Shown in pieces: positions 38,161 through 47,706 of a DNA stretch of 64,000 bases (its first letter is position 1; every line of letters starts with the position of its first letter). The notes beneath the pieces are model-generated. The model saw only the letters and a list, made by a program, of their open reading frames with translations. It did not search any database and was not told the DNA's origin. Where the stretch lies: contig DIHE01000147.1 in the NCBI GenBank assembly GCA_002420005.1, positions 36,006 to 100,005 on the forward strand, written 5' to 3'. This stretch comes from Holophagales bacterium UBA5704 (GTDB lineage Bacteria > Acidobacteriota > Thermoanaerobaculia > Multivoradales > UBA5704). A program made the position numbers and the translations under genes.

Positions 38161-38457
38161 TCACTTGCCGACGACGGCGAGGATCTCGTCCTCGCGCAGG
38201 ATCACGTAGTCCTGGTCGTTCAGCTTGATCTCGCTCCCGGAGTACTTGCCCATCAAGACGCGGTCGCCCGCCTTGACGTCCATCGGGGAACGCTTGCCGT
38301 CCTCGAGGAGCTTGCCGGGACCGACGGCGATGACTTCCGCTTCCTGCGGCTTCTCTTTGGCGGTGTCCGGGATGATGATGCCCCCACGGACCTGCTCCTG
38401 GGCCTCGATGCGCTTCACCAGCACCCGATCGTGCAGCGGACGAATGTCAATGCTCAC
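38161..38457 (-). CDS. groES: Co-chaperonin GroES
   Basis: [12 protein letters not shown] and [23 protein letters not shown]. Confidence 0.99.
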   Translation of the reverse strand: MSIDIRPLHDRVLVKRIEAQEQVRGGIIIPDTAKEKPQEAEVIAVGPGKLLEDGKRSPMDVKAGDRVLMGKYSGSEIKLNDQDYVILREDEILAVVGK

Positions 38458-38513
38458 GGCTCTCTACCTCCTTGAAGGCGTTTGGGAAAAAGTCGGGGTC
38501 GGCATCGCCGTTG

Positions 38514-38540
38514 TTAGCACTCGGCGGCGATGACTGCTAA
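38514..38540. promoter_or_regulatory. CIRCE element (HrcA operator)
   Basis: TTAGCACTC-N9-GACTGCTAA, one mismatch to the TTAGCACTC-N9-GAGTGCTAA consensus, upstream of groES. Confidence 0.9.
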
Positions 38541-38541
38541 C

Positions 38542-38570
38542 AGTCTAGGAAGGCGGCGGCGGGTTGTCAA
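38542..38570 (-). promoter_or_regulatory. Sigma70-type promoter of groES-groEL
   Basis: Minus strand TTGACA (38570-38565), 17-nt spacer, TAGACT (38547-38542), immediately followed by CIRCE. Confidence 0.8.
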
Positions 38571-38654
38571 GCGGGGGCTACCGAAGGGGGCCGGGTCTGT
38601 CGTAGGATGCCCGCGTATCCATTGCATCCGTTCCCATCCTGGAGGAGAGAGGCG

Positions 38655-39065
38655 ATGCCCGAGATTCATCGTATCGGTGCACACATCACCTGGATCGAAG
38701 AACCCGACCTGATCGTCCTGCGGTTGTCCGGCGACGTGTCGGTCGAAGACGCCGAGGCGATCAACGTCCGGCACTTCGCGCTGATCGAGGACCGTGCCCA
38801 CATCTTCATGCTCGTCGACATGGCCGGCCTGCGCACGGACACCCCGGCCGGCCGCAAGCTCACGTCCGAGGCGCTGACCCGCATGCCGCTGCACGGCCTC
38901 GCGATCAGCCATGCCCATCTCGAAGCCCGGGTGATGGCCAAGATGGTCATCACCGGCTCCGAGCTGTTCAAGACCGAAGACAGCGGGAAGTTCCCCGTCA
39001 AGTTTTTTGACGACGAGCCGGCGGCCCGCGCCTGGATCGCGGAACGCCGCCAGGCCCTCGCCTGA
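38655..39065 (+). CDS. STAS/SEC14 (SpoIIAA-like) domain protein
   Basis: Pattern EEPDLIVLRLSGDV...FMLVDM...AGRK...KFFDDEPAARAWI. GGAGGAG RBS. Confidence 0.7.
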   Translation: MPEIHRIGAHITWIEEPDLIVLRLSGDVSVEDAEAINVRHFALIEDRAHIFMLVDMAGLRTDTPAGRKLTSEALTRMPLHGLAISHAHLEARVMAKMVITGSELFKTEDSGKFPVKFFDDEPAARAWIAERRQALA

Positions 39066-39078
39066 AGGAGAGACCCCG

Positions 39079-39609
39079 ATGACCCTCCCGGCCCTGCTCT
39101 GCGCCGCCGCCCTGCTCGCCACCAACCCGGCCCCGGCAGCCGAGCCGGCAGCACCCCCGCCGATCCCTCCGGCCTCGGTCACCGTGGCCGATCTCGCCTG
39201 GCTGACCGGCACCTGGCAGGGCGACGTGGAGGGCGACTTCGCCGAGGACCAATGGAGCGAGCCGGTGGGCGGGGTGATGATGGGGATGTTCCGCTGGGTG
39301 GCGGGCGGCCGGGAGGGCAAGCTCGCGCTCTATGAATTCCTCGCCCTGGAGCCGAGCCCCGAAGGCCCCGTTCTCTGGCTCCGCCATTTCGGCAACCGGC
39401 TCGTCGCCCGCGAAGACAAGGACGGCGCCCTCGCCTTCCACCTCGCCTCCTACCGGCCGGGAGCGGCCACCTTCGACAACCGGGACCCCGCCAATCCCCT
39501 GCTCCTCTCCTACCGCCGCGAAGGAGACGACCGCCTCATCGCCACCCTCGAGCGGGTCGAGAACGGCAAGAAGGTGGTCACCGACTTCGTGTACACACGG
39601 CGGAGGTAG
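39079..39609 (+). CDS. Secreted protein, DUF6265-like
   Basis: Signal peptide and DLAWLTGTWQG...EDQWSEPVGGVMMGMFR...YEF...LRHF. Confidence 0.65.
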   Translation: MTLPALLCAAALLATNPAPAAEPAAPPPIPPASVTVADLAWLTGTWQGDVEGDFAEDQWSEPVGGVMMGMFRWVAGGREGKLALYEFLALEPSPEGPVLWLRHFGNRLVAREDKDGALAFHLASYRPGAATFDNRDPANPLLLSYRREGDDRLIATLERVENGKKVVTDFVYTRRR

Positions 39610-39721
39610 GCCCCTCCTCCGTAATCGACTTCGCAACACATCGCACCGAAAATACCGGAAACCACCGGCCGGCTCGGAAAACGCGGCGGACCACCGGCCG
39701 ACCACGATGGGGAGGGACGCC

Positions 39722-40141
39722 ATGTCCGAGGTCTTCCGGTACGGAGCCCAGAGCACCTGGTTCGAGGAGCCCGATGTGATCGGCCTGAAGATGGTCGGCG
39801 TCGTCAGCGCGGAGGAATCGCGCGACTTTCATGCCAAACAGGTGGAGCTGAGCCAGGGCCGCAAGCATGTCTTCCTGCTGGTCGACATGTCCGACTTCTC
39901 CTCGGTCTCCTCCGCGGGCCGCAAATACGCCTCGGAAGGCCTGCACCAGACGCCCATCCGCGGCATCGCCGTCCACCAGGCGGGTATCACGGCCCGCGTG
40001 CTCGGCAAGCTGGTGGTCGCCGGTGTCCAACTCTTCACCAAGGACGAGACCAAGCACTTTCCCCTGGAGTTCTTTCCGACGGAGGCGGAGGCGCGGGCCT
40101 GGATCGACCAACGCCGCCGGGAGCTCACCTCCGCGGCGTGA
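39722..40141 (+). CDS. STAS/SEC14 (SpoIIAA-like) domain protein, paralog of 38655-39065
   Basis: EEPDVIGLKMVGVV...FLLVDM...AGRK...FFPTEAEARAWI. Confidence 0.7.
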   Translation: MSEVFRYGAQSTWFEEPDVIGLKMVGVVSAEESRDFHAKQVELSQGRKHVFLLVDMSDFSSVSSAGRKYASEGLHQTPIRGIAVHQAGITARVLGKLVVAGVQLFTKDETKHFPLEFFPTEAEARAWIDQRRRELTSAA

Positions 40142-40194
40142 GCCGGCCCGAGGGCTCCGAGGCCGGGGTGGGAACCCCCGGCCCCCTGAGGAGA

Positions 40195-41622
40195 TCAGCC
40201 CGCGCTCGGTGCCGGCGCCGCTTTCGCAGGGGGCGGCGACGCAACCACCACCGTCTGCCCGGCCAGCGTGGCCTGCCCCTTGCGGGAGAAGTCGAGCGAC
40301 TCGGCCAGGATGCGCGCCGCTTCCTGCGGCGCATGGAAGCCCATGGAGTTCTCCGCCTCGATGAAGTCGAGATAGAACTGGGCCTTGCGCTGGAAGTCGC
40401 GCGCCTGGGCGAGCTTCTCGGCCGAGGCACCGGCGGCCTGGGCGGCCTGGATGTCCCGGATCAGGGCGATCACCGCATCGAGCGCCAGACCGCGCAGCTT
40501 GTGCGTCCGCTCCTGGATCGTCTCGATCCGCGCCTTGAGCTCCTCCTCCGGCCACTTGTGGCAGGTCTGGCAGGCGTTGTTGATGTTGAGCACGGGGCTC
40601 CGCACGTGATGGTCGCTGATCTTCATCGCCCCGACCCGCTGGTAGGGCATGTGGCAGTCCGCACAGGTCACCCCCGAACGGGCGTGGATGCCCTGGTTCC
40701 ACAGCTCGAACTCGGGGTGCTGCGCCTTGAGCGCCGGCGCGCCGCTGTCGGCATGCTCCCAGTCCTTGAAGCCTTCTTCGTCGTAATAGGCCAGCATGTC
40801 CTCGACCTTGAGGCCGTTCTTCCAGGGATAGGTCAGCCGCTTCTCCTTCCCCTTGAAGTGATACTCCACGTGGCACTGGCCGCAGACGAAGGCGCGCATC
40901 TCCTGGCGGGTGGCCATGGCGTTCACGTCGTAGTCCGGGATGCCCTGCGAGGCCTTGAGCGCGCGGATGCCTTCGATGAAACCGGGGCGCGTCACGCGCA
41001 GCTGCATCGTCTCCGGGTCGTGGCAATCGATGCAGGACACCGGATGCTCGACCAGCTTGCGGGCCTCGAAGAAGGGCATGGGGTTCATCGTCTCGAACCC
41101 TTTGATCAGGTCGCCGTTGCCCGCCTTCTTGTAGGGGACGTAGACCGAGGCGTGGCAATGCAGACAGGTGCCCGGTTGCGGTTTGTACTGCTGCCGGCCG
41201 GTGAAGGTCTGGTCGTCGAGCATGTAGGCATGGCCGCGCTCCTCGCGGAAGTCGAAGGCGAAGGCATAGCCGTTCCACAAGGTCTTGAGGCGCGGGTCCT
41301 CCTCCAGGCGGGAGGCGGCCACGATCGAACGCGGATCGGCCGAGGTCGGCGTGCGGGGCACGGCTTCGCTGCCGCCGAAGCGGGTGCGGACCTGATCGAC
41401 CGTACGCTTGTAACCGTCGTACTGAAGAGGGAAGTTCTTGCCCCAGACCGCCGGGTCGACCGTGGTGTCGTCGATCTCCACCACCCGGTAGAAGGTGTTG
41501 CGGGCCTCCTGCTTGTGCTCGAAGATGTTGACCAGGAGGGCGGTGACCCCCGCGGCGGCCAGGGCGGCGATGCCGGCCGCGGCGGCGATCAGCTTCCAGC
41601 CGGATTTCGTTTCATTGCTCAT
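40195..41622 (-). CDS. nrfA: Pentaheme cytochrome c nitrite reductase catalytic subunit (CxxCH variant)
   Basis: Five heme motifs (CLHCH, CIDCH, CGQCH, CADCH, CQTCH), REERGHAY, CGQCHVEY, KAQHPEFE and AENSMGFHAP. Next to nrfH. Confidence 0.92.
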   Translation of the reverse strand: MSNETKSGWKLIAAAAGIAALAAAGVTALLVNIFEHKQEARNTFYRVVEIDDTTVDPAVWGKNFPLQYDGYKRTVDQVRTRFGGSEAVPRTPTSADPRSIVAASRLEEDPRLKTLWNGYAFAFDFREERGHAYMLDDQTFTGRQQYKPQPGTCLHCHASVYVPYKKAGNGDLIKGFETMNPMPFFEARKLVEHPVSCIDCHDPETMQLRVTRPGFIEGIRALKASQGIPDYDVNAMATRQEMRAFVCGQCHVEYHFKGKEKRLTYPWKNGLKVEDMLAYYDEEGFKDWEHADSGAPALKAQHPEFELWNQGIHARSGVTCADCHMPYQRVGAMKISDHHVRSPVLNINNACQTCHKWPEEELKARIETIQERTHKLRGLALDAVIALIRDIQAAQAAGASAEKLAQARDFQRKAQFYLDFIEAENSMGFHAPQEAARILAESLDFSRKGQATLAGQTVVVASPPPAKAAPAPSAG

Positions 41623-41627
41623 CGCAT

Positions 41628-42092
41628 TCACCTCGTCGGATGTCCCACGTCGGAATGGCAGCGCAGGCAGGAGGTCTCCTGACCGGCCCGGTGCGGCCCT
41701 TCGGGCCCTTCGATCGCCAGGACCAGGTCCTGGTGGCATTTGCGGCATGACTGCTCGGTGACCCGTTCATTGCGCCCCTTGATCCGGATCGGCTCCTTGA
41801 AATCACCGGTGGTGAAGGCATAGGAGTGCCAGAACCCGTTGAGCGCCTTGGTGGTGTACTTGGGGAGGAAGCCCGGGGGCGTGTGGCAGTCGTTGCACAC
41901 CGCGACCGACCGGTGGGGCCCGGTGAGCCAGCCGTCGTACTCGGCCTGCATGACGTGACAATTGGCACAGGCCGCCGGATCGTTGGTCAGATAGGCGGCC
42001 CCCCGGGCATAGACGAACGTGTAGAGACCGATCCCGACGGTGAGCCCGAGGAGCGTTCCGAGAAAGATGAAGCCGGCTGTCCGGTTGCGCAT
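41628..42092 (-). CDS. nrfH: Tetraheme cytochrome c nitrite reductase small subunit
   Basis: N-terminal TM segment, YLTNDPAACANCHVM (CxxCHxM), CNDCH, CRKCH and CLRCHSDVGH. Confidence 0.93.
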   Translation of the reverse strand: MRNRTAGFIFLGTLLGLTVGIGLYTFVYARGAAYLTNDPAACANCHVMQAEYDGWLTGPHRSVAVCNDCHTPPGFLPKYTTKALNGFWHSYAFTTGDFKEPIRIKGRNERVTEQSCRKCHQDLVLAIEGPEGPHRAGQETSCLRCHSDVGHPTR

Positions 42093-42209
42093 ACGTGGGG
42101 AGATCTCCACCCCGCGGGCCGGCAAAGGTCGTCCCGCGGGGTCCGGGAAGGCTACCGCAGGCAAGGCCGAGGATCGCCTACCCGGCGGGGTGGGTCGATG
42201 GCGGGAGGG

Positions 42210-43247
42210 TCACACGCCCTTGCGCTGCAGCTCGTCGTCGATCACTTCGGTGATCTGCTCGAGCGGCACGGCGCCGTTGATGAAGCGACCATTGATGAAC
42301 AGGGCCGGCGTGCCGCTCACGCCCGCAGCCGTCCCCGCCTCCATGTCCTCCGAGACCTTGGAGGCGTACTTGCCGGAGTCGAGGCAGGTGTTGAACGCCT
42401 CCGCGTTCAGCCCCAGCTCCGTCGCCTTGGCCTTGAGGGCGTCCACGGCGAGCTGCTGCTGGTTCTTGAACATGGAGTCGTGCATCTCCCAGAACTTGCC
42501 CTGGTCATTGGCGCAGAGAGAGGCCTCGGCGGCCTTCTGGGCGTTGGCGTGCATGCCGAGCGGGAACTGGCGGAACACGAGCCGCACCTTGTCGCCGTAC
42601 TTGGCCTTGACCTGGTCGAGGGTCGGGATCAGGCGGGCACAGAACGGGCACTCGAAGTCGGAGAACTCGACGATGGTCACAGGCGCACCCTCGGGTCCCT
42701 TGGCCGGGCCGACCGCCGCGACCTCGGTGCGCATCGGCTCGAGCTTCATCTCGACCTTGTACTTGCTCTCCAGGCCCTTGAAGAAGCTCTCGCGCGCCTC
42801 GAACTGCCCCTTCTGCTCCAGATACTGCCGAATCTGCCCGGCGATCTGGTCCTTGGGCTGCGGGATGCGCGCCTTGTTCTCTTCATAGAAGGCATCGATG
42901 GCCGCATCGGTCACCGCAGCCGGCTTGATGTCGGCGAGGAGCTGCTCCTTGGTGACGCCCTTGGCCGCGGCCTCGGTGTCCAGGAGGCGATCCTGGACCG
43001 CCTGCTGCAGCTGCCCCTGGAGGAGCTGGTACTTCTGCATCTCGTAGTCGCGCTCCAGCTGCTTGAACTGGGCGGCGCTGCTGGCCCGCACGTCCGCCTC
43101 GGTGATGGGCTTGCCGTTGACCACGGCGAGGACGTTGTCCTCCGGCTTGGCCTTGGCCTGGTCGGCGCACGCCGGCAGCCAGACGCCCAGGCCGAGCGCC
43201 AGGGCCAGAAAGCCCGGGAAGGTGCGGTGACGAAAGATCGATTTCAT
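42210..43247 (-). CDS. DsbA/thioredoxin-family periplasmic oxidoreductase with an N-terminal SurA-like helical region
   Basis: Signal peptide, IVEFSDFECPFC and GVSGTPALFING. Confidence 0.88.
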   Translation of the reverse strand: MKSIFRHRTFPGFLALALGLGVWLPACADQAKAKPEDNVLAVVNGKPITEADVRASSAAQFKQLERDYEMQKYQLLQGQLQQAVQDRLLDTEAAAKGVTKEQLLADIKPAAVTDAAIDAFYEENKARIPQPKDQIAGQIRQYLEQKGQFEARESFFKGLESKYKVEMKLEPMRTEVAAVGPAKGPEGAPVTIVEFSDFECPFCARLIPTLDQVKAKYGDKVRLVFRQFPLGMHANAQKAAEASLCANDQGKFWEMHDSMFKNQQQLAVDALKAKATELGLNAEAFNTCLDSGKYASKVSEDMEAGTAAGVSGTPALFINGRFINGAVPLEQITEVIDDELQRKGV

Positions 43248-43358
43248 CGGTTCAAACTCCTTTTCGCTGTGTCCCTGCGGATGAGCCAAACGCATCGAAG
43301 GGCTCCAAAAACAAGGGGAAACTTTAGCACAGGGGTACGTCCCCCAGAGAGAAGGTGC

Positions 43359-44222
43359 TCACGGGGCCAGAAAGCGCGCCACCAGCCCTTCGAGGATGCG
43401 ATCCGCCGGCACCGATCGCAGGCGCAGGGCGGGCCCGCCGAGCAGCGCCTCGGCGAGCGCCAGGCGCGCCTGCCGGGCCGGGGCCGCCGCGGGAGGATCG
43501 AGATCCAGGGAACGGACGACGGCCGCCGCCACGGTGGCCCAGGGGCGCGCCGCGCGCGGGTCCTCCCAGCCTCCGGCGCGCGACAGGGCGTCCGCCGCAG
43601 CCAGCAGGTAGATGGCGGCACCGCTCTGCACCCAGCCGGACGCCGCAGCATGGAAGGCGCGCGCCAGCGGCTCCACCGCCGCCGCGTCCACCGGCTCGGC
43701 CGGGCCGAGGAAGACGGCCAGGGACCTGCTGCGCAAGGTGCGCAGCAGGTCGTGGGCCGAGGGGGCGAGGAGGAAGAAGTGGCGCGGCGCCGAGACGTGC
43801 GGCTCCTCCAGGGTCTTGAGCAGCGCGTTCGCCGCCTCGCCGGAGAGGGTCTCGGCGCTGGCGACCGCGAACACCTGGCCACGCGCCTCGAAAGGGGAGA
43901 CCTGGGCGGTGCGAAGGAGCTCGCGCGTGGCCTCCACCGAGGTGGCGGTCTTGAGATCGCGCTCCAGGACCTGGAAGTCCGGGTGGAAGGGCGCCTCCCC
44001 TTTCGCCTTGGCGCCGGCCTCCGCAGCGTCGGGCCAGACGATCCGACGGCAATGGCGGCAGACGCCGCACGGGCGGTCCTGCGCCACCACGGCCTCGCAG
44101 AGCAGGGTGCGGGCGAGCTCCAGGGCCGCCTGCTGCCGCGCCGGGGCGTCCCGGCCGTGCAGGATGACCGACGGATAGAGCCGGCCCGCCCGGGCCGACC
44201 GCAGGGCCACCGCGTAGCTCAC
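43359..44222 (-). CDS. holB: DNA polymerase III delta' subunit-like protein
   Basis: LLC...PCGVCRHCRRI zinc module, HPDF, AANALLKTLEEP and LLRTLRSR. Coupled downstream of tmk (the conserved tmk-holB order). Confidence 0.8.
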   Translation of the reverse strand: MSYAVALRSARAGRLYPSVILHGRDAPARQQAALELARTLLCEAVVAQDRPCGVCRHCRRIVWPDAAEAGAKAKGEAPFHPDFQVLERDLKTATSVEATRELLRTAQVSPFEARGQVFAVASAETLSGEAANALLKTLEEPHVSAPRHFFLLAPSAHDLLRTLRSRSLAVFLGPAEPVDAAAVEPLARAFHAAASGWVQSGAAIYLLAAADALSRAGGWEDPRAARPWATVAAAVVRSLDLDPPAAAPARQARLALAEALLGGPALRLRSVPADRILEGLVARFLAP

Positions 44223-44875
44223 GCCTCCTCCTCCAGGCCGAGCCAGCGGGCCAGCTCGGCGCGCACCCGGGCCTGGGTCTCCTCGAAGGCTCCGGAGGAA
44301 TCCACCTGGCGGAAGCGCCCGGCCTCCGCGCGGGCCACCTCCTGGAAGCCGTGGCGCACCCGCTCGTAGAAGGCGAGGCCCTCGGCGTCCAGGCGATCCG
44401 CCGCGCCGCGCTCGCGGCGCGAGGGCGAGTGGCCGCGCGTGCGGGCCTCGCCGGCGGGAAGGTCGAACAGCAGGGTGTGGTCGGGCGTGCGCCCGCCGGT
44501 CGCCACCCGGTTCACCTGCTCGATCAGCGGCAGGGGCACGCCCCGGCCGTAGCCCTGGTAGGCGCGGGTCGAATCGGTGAACCGGTCGCACAGCACGTGG
44601 CGGCCGGCGGCGAGCGCCGGCTCGATGACCTCCAGCAGATGCTGGCGGCGGCTGGCGAAAACCAGGAGAAGCTCCACCGTCCCATCCATCGCGCCGCGGC
44701 TCGGGTCGAGAAAGATGGCGCGCAGCGCATCGCCGAGCGGCGTCCCGCCCGGCTCATGGGTCACGAGGTGGGGGACCCGGTGCTCCTCCAGCCAGGCGGA
44801 GGCACGCCGCAGGTGGGTCGACTTGCCGCTGCCGTCGAGTCCCTCGAAGGTGATGAAGAGGGGGGGTGGAGCCAT
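44219..44875 (-). CDS. tmk: Thymidylate kinase
   Basis: FITFEGLDGSGKST, HEPGGT and VLCDRFTDSTRAYQGYGRG. Confidence 0.95.
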   Translation of the reverse strand: MAPPPLFITFEGLDGSGKSTHLRRASAWLEEHRVPHLVTHEPGGTPLGDALRAIFLDPSRGAMDGTVELLLVFASRRQHLLEVIEPALAAGRHVLCDRFTDSTRAYQGYGRGVPLPLIEQVNRVATGGRTPDHTLLFDLPAGEARTRGHSPSRRERGAADRLDAEGLAFYERVRHGFQEVARAEAGRFRQVDSSGAFEETQARVRAELARWLGLEEEA

Positions 44876-45012
44876 GGCGGTGAAAGTTAGCACGAGCCGG
44901 GTGTGAACCCATCCCTTGCGGCGAGGCGGGCGGATGTGCAAGTGTCAGGGAAATGTCGGCGAACACCCGCGCCGGCAGTCTTATCCCAACTTCGAAGAGG
45001 AGAGCACATCAC

Positions 45013-45300
45013 ATGGCCGACAAGAAGACCGCGAAGACCAGCACGAAGCCGTCCGAAGGAGGATTCTCGGCCCCCATGAAGCCGGACGCCATCCTCGCCG
45101 CGGTGATCGGCTCCGACCCGATGCCGCGCACCGAGGTGACCAAGCGCATCTGGGATTACGTCAAGAAGAACAACCTCCAGGACCCGGCGGACAAGCGGAC
45201 CATCCGTGCCGACGCCAAGCTGAAGCCGGTGTTCGGCGGCAAGGATGCGGTCAGCATGTTCGAGATGACCAAGCTGGTCAACGGCCACCTCAAGAAGTAG
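45013..45300 (+). CDS. Stand-alone SWIB/MDM2-domain protein
   Basis: LAAVIGSDPMPRTEVTKRIWDYVKKNNLQDPADKRTIRADAKLKPVFGG...SMFEMTKLVNGHL. Confidence 0.9.
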   Translation: MADKKTAKTSTKPSEGGFSAPMKPDAILAAVIGSDPMPRTEVTKRIWDYVKKNNLQDPADKRTIRADAKLKPVFGGKDAVSMFEMTKLVNGHLKK

Positions 45301-45448
45301 CGGGCGGCCCGCCGAGCCCCCGCCCGTCCGGCCGGGCGGGGTGCCTCTCACAGCAGCCGGTCCTTCCCACCCCCCGGCGCCCCGCGCATTCGGTTAGACT
45401 TCGCCAGCCCGGATCCATCATGACGTCCGGGATAAAGGACGAACCCGC

Positions 45449-46486
45449 ATGGAAACGCTCGGCACACCCCTGCAATGGGGTGCCTTTCTGGCCCTCGTCT
45501 TCGGCCTGCTGGCCCTGGACCTGGGAGTGTTCAACCGCAAGGCGCACCGGGTGGAGCTGCGCGAAGCCGTCTTCTGGAGCATCTTCTGGACGATTCTGGC
45601 GTTGATCTTCAACGCCTGGGTCTATTGGCGCGGCGGCTCCCAGCCGGGCCTCGAGTTCCTCACCGGCTATGTCATCGAACGCTCCCTGAGCTTCGACAAC
45701 ATCTTTGTCTTCATCGTGATCTTCAATTACTTCGCCGTCCCGGCGGAGTACCAGCACCGGGTCCTGTTCTGGGGCATCCTCGGTGCGCTCATCTCGCGCG
45801 GCCTCTTCATCTGGATGGGGACGGCCCTGCTGACGCGCTTCGAGTGGCTGATCCTGGTCTTCGGCGCCTTCCTCGTGTACACCGGCGTGAAGATTCTGCT
45901 CCAGAAGGAAACCGAGGTGCATCCGGAGAAGAATCCGGTGCTGCGCCTCTTCCAGCGGCTCGTCCCGCTGACCACCCGCTACCACGGCACGCGCTTCTTC
46001 GTGCGCGAGGACGCCCGCTGGGTGGCGACCCCGCTGATGCTGGTGCTGGTGGTGGTGGAGGCGACCGACGTGGTGTTCGCGGTGGATTCGATCCCCGCCG
46101 TCTTCGGCGTCACCCGCGACCCGTTCATCGTGTTCACCTCGAACATCTTCGCGATCCTCGGCCTGCGCGCCCTGTACTTCCTGCTCGCCGGCCTGATGCA
46201 CAAGTTCCATTACCTGGGGTTCGGCCTCGGCCTGGTGCTGGTCTTCGTCGGTTCCAAGATGCTGCTCCACGAGTGGGTGCCCATCCCCACCAACTGGTCG
46301 CTCGGCATCGTCATGGCGATTCTCACCGTGGCCATCGCCGCCTCGCTGCTGCGCCCGATTCCTCCCGAAGAGCTGGCAGGCACCGGCGTGGCCCCGGGGG
46401 ATTTCGTCCATTCCCCGGCGGCGCACGACCTGCACCTCGACACCACCACAACCAACGAACCGGCCTCCGGCGAGCCGGGGGCCTGA
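45449..46486 (+). CDS. TerC/Alx-family membrane protein
   Basis: LALDLGVF, EFLTGYVIERSLSFDNIFVF, QHRVLFWGILGA, DVVFAVDSIPAV and FTSNIFAILGLRALYF. Confidence 0.92.
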   Translation: METLGTPLQWGAFLALVFGLLALDLGVFNRKAHRVELREAVFWSIFWTILALIFNAWVYWRGGSQPGLEFLTGYVIERSLSFDNIFVFIVIFNYFAVPAEYQHRVLFWGILGALISRGLFIWMGTALLTRFEWLILVFGAFLVYTGVKILLQKETEVHPEKNPVLRLFQRLVPLTTRYHGTRFFVREDARWVATPLMLVLVVVEATDVVFAVDSIPAVFGVTRDPFIVFTSNIFAILGLRALYFLLAGLMHKFHYLGFGLGLVLVFVGSKMLLHEWVPIPTNWSLGIVMAILTVAIAASLLRPIPPEELAGTGVAPGDFVHSPAAHDLHLDTTTTNEPASGEPGA

Positions 46487-46510
46487 ACCGCCGAACGGCG
46501 GAGGCGACCG

Positions 46511-47638
46511 ATGCCGAACGTCTTCATTCCCCGCGAACAACGGCCCGGCGAAACGCGCGTGGCCGCCACCCCCGAGACCGTCAAGCGCATGACGAAGGCC
46601 GGTCTCACCGTCACCCTCGAGCGCGGCGCCGGCGCCGCCGCGTTCTTTCCCGACAGCGAGTACGAGGCGGCGGGAGCCCGCCTGGAGGACGACGCCGCCC
46701 GCGGCTGGAGCGGTGCGGACGCCGTCCTCGCCGTCACCCCGCCCTCCCCGGAGGCCGTGGCCGGGCTGCGCAAGGACGCCCTGCTGGTGAGCTTCCTGGC
46801 GCCCCACCGCGAGACCGGGCTGGTGCGCGCCCTGGCCGCCGGAGGCGCGTCCTCGCTCGCCATGGAGCTCATCCCGCGCATCACCCGCGCGCAGTCGATG
46901 GATGCGCTGTCGTCGCAGGCCAACATCGCCGGCTACAAGGCGGTGCTCCTGGCGGCGGTCCACCTGCCCAAGTACTGCCCACTGCTGATGACCGCCGCGG
47001 GCACCGTCAAGCCGGCGCGCTTCGTGATCATGGGCGCCGGGGTGGCCGGGCTGCAGGCGATCGCCACGGCGCGGCGCCTCGGCGCCATCGTCGAGGTCTC
47101 GGACATCCGGCCGGCGGTCAAGGAGCAGGTGCAGTCGCTCGGCGCCCGCTTCATCGACCTGCCCACCGCGGAGAGCGGCGAGGGGACCGGCGGCTATGCC
47201 CGCGAGATGGGCGAGGACTTCCTGCGCCGGCAGCGGGAGATCGTGCTGCAGCACGTCTCCCAGGCGGACGCGGTGATCACCACCGCCCTCATCCCCGGCA
47301 AGCCGGCCCCACGGCTGGTGACGCGGGAGATGGTGGAGGCGATGCGCCCCGGCTCGGTGATCGTCGATCTCGCGGTCGAGCAGGGGGGCAACTGCGAGCT
47401 GTCCAAGGCGGGGGAGGACGTGGTGCACGGCGGCGTCACCCTCCTGGGACCGGCGAACCTGGCGGCCACCCTGCCGCACGATGCGAGCGCGCTCTATGCG
47501 CGCAACGTCTGGGCCCTTCTTCAGCTGCTCTGGAAGGACGGCCAGCTGGTGGTGGACACGGCCGACGAGGTGATCGCCGGATGCCTCCTCACCCATGAGG
47601 GACGTGTGGTGCACGGACCGACCGCCGAGCGGTTGTGA
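46511..47638 (+). CDS. pntA: NAD(P) transhydrogenase subunit alpha, soluble domain I (PntAA)
   Basis: ETRVAATPETV, PRITRAQSMDALSSQANIAGYKAV, GAGVAGLQAIATARRLGA, GGYA and ITTALIPGKPAP. Confidence 0.9.
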   Translation: MPNVFIPREQRPGETRVAATPETVKRMTKAGLTVTLERGAGAAAFFPDSEYEAAGARLEDDAARGWSGADAVLAVTPPSPEAVAGLRKDALLVSFLAPHRETGLVRALAAGGASSLAMELIPRITRAQSMDALSSQANIAGYKAVLLAAVHLPKYCPLLMTAAGTVKPARFVIMGAGVAGLQAIATARRLGAIVEVSDIRPAVKEQVQSLGARFIDLPTAESGEGTGGYAREMGEDFLRRQREIVLQHVSQADAVITTALIPGKPAPRLVTREMVEAMRPGSVIVDLAVEQGGNCELSKAGEDVVHGGVTLLGPANLAATLPHDASALYARNVWALLQLLWKDGQLVVDTADEVIAGCLLTHEGRVVHGPTAERL

Positions 47639-47706
47639 GCCGTCGGTCTTAGATGGAGGTCCCTCTTTTCCGTCCGCGCGGCACCTTGGAGAAAGGAACG
47701 ACGCGG

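Noticed and set aside
43324..44893. TTAGCAC half-sites at about 43324 and 44887 as extra CIRCE elements
   Set aside because: There is no second arm at 9-bp spacing. On the minus strand they read as TG-extended -10-like sequences upstream of the dsbA-like gene and tmk.
45301..45448. yybP-ykoY (Mn) riboswitch upstream of the terC gene
   Set aside because: Expected for some TerC/Alx genes, but the conserved motif is not visible; only GC-rich hairpins are present.
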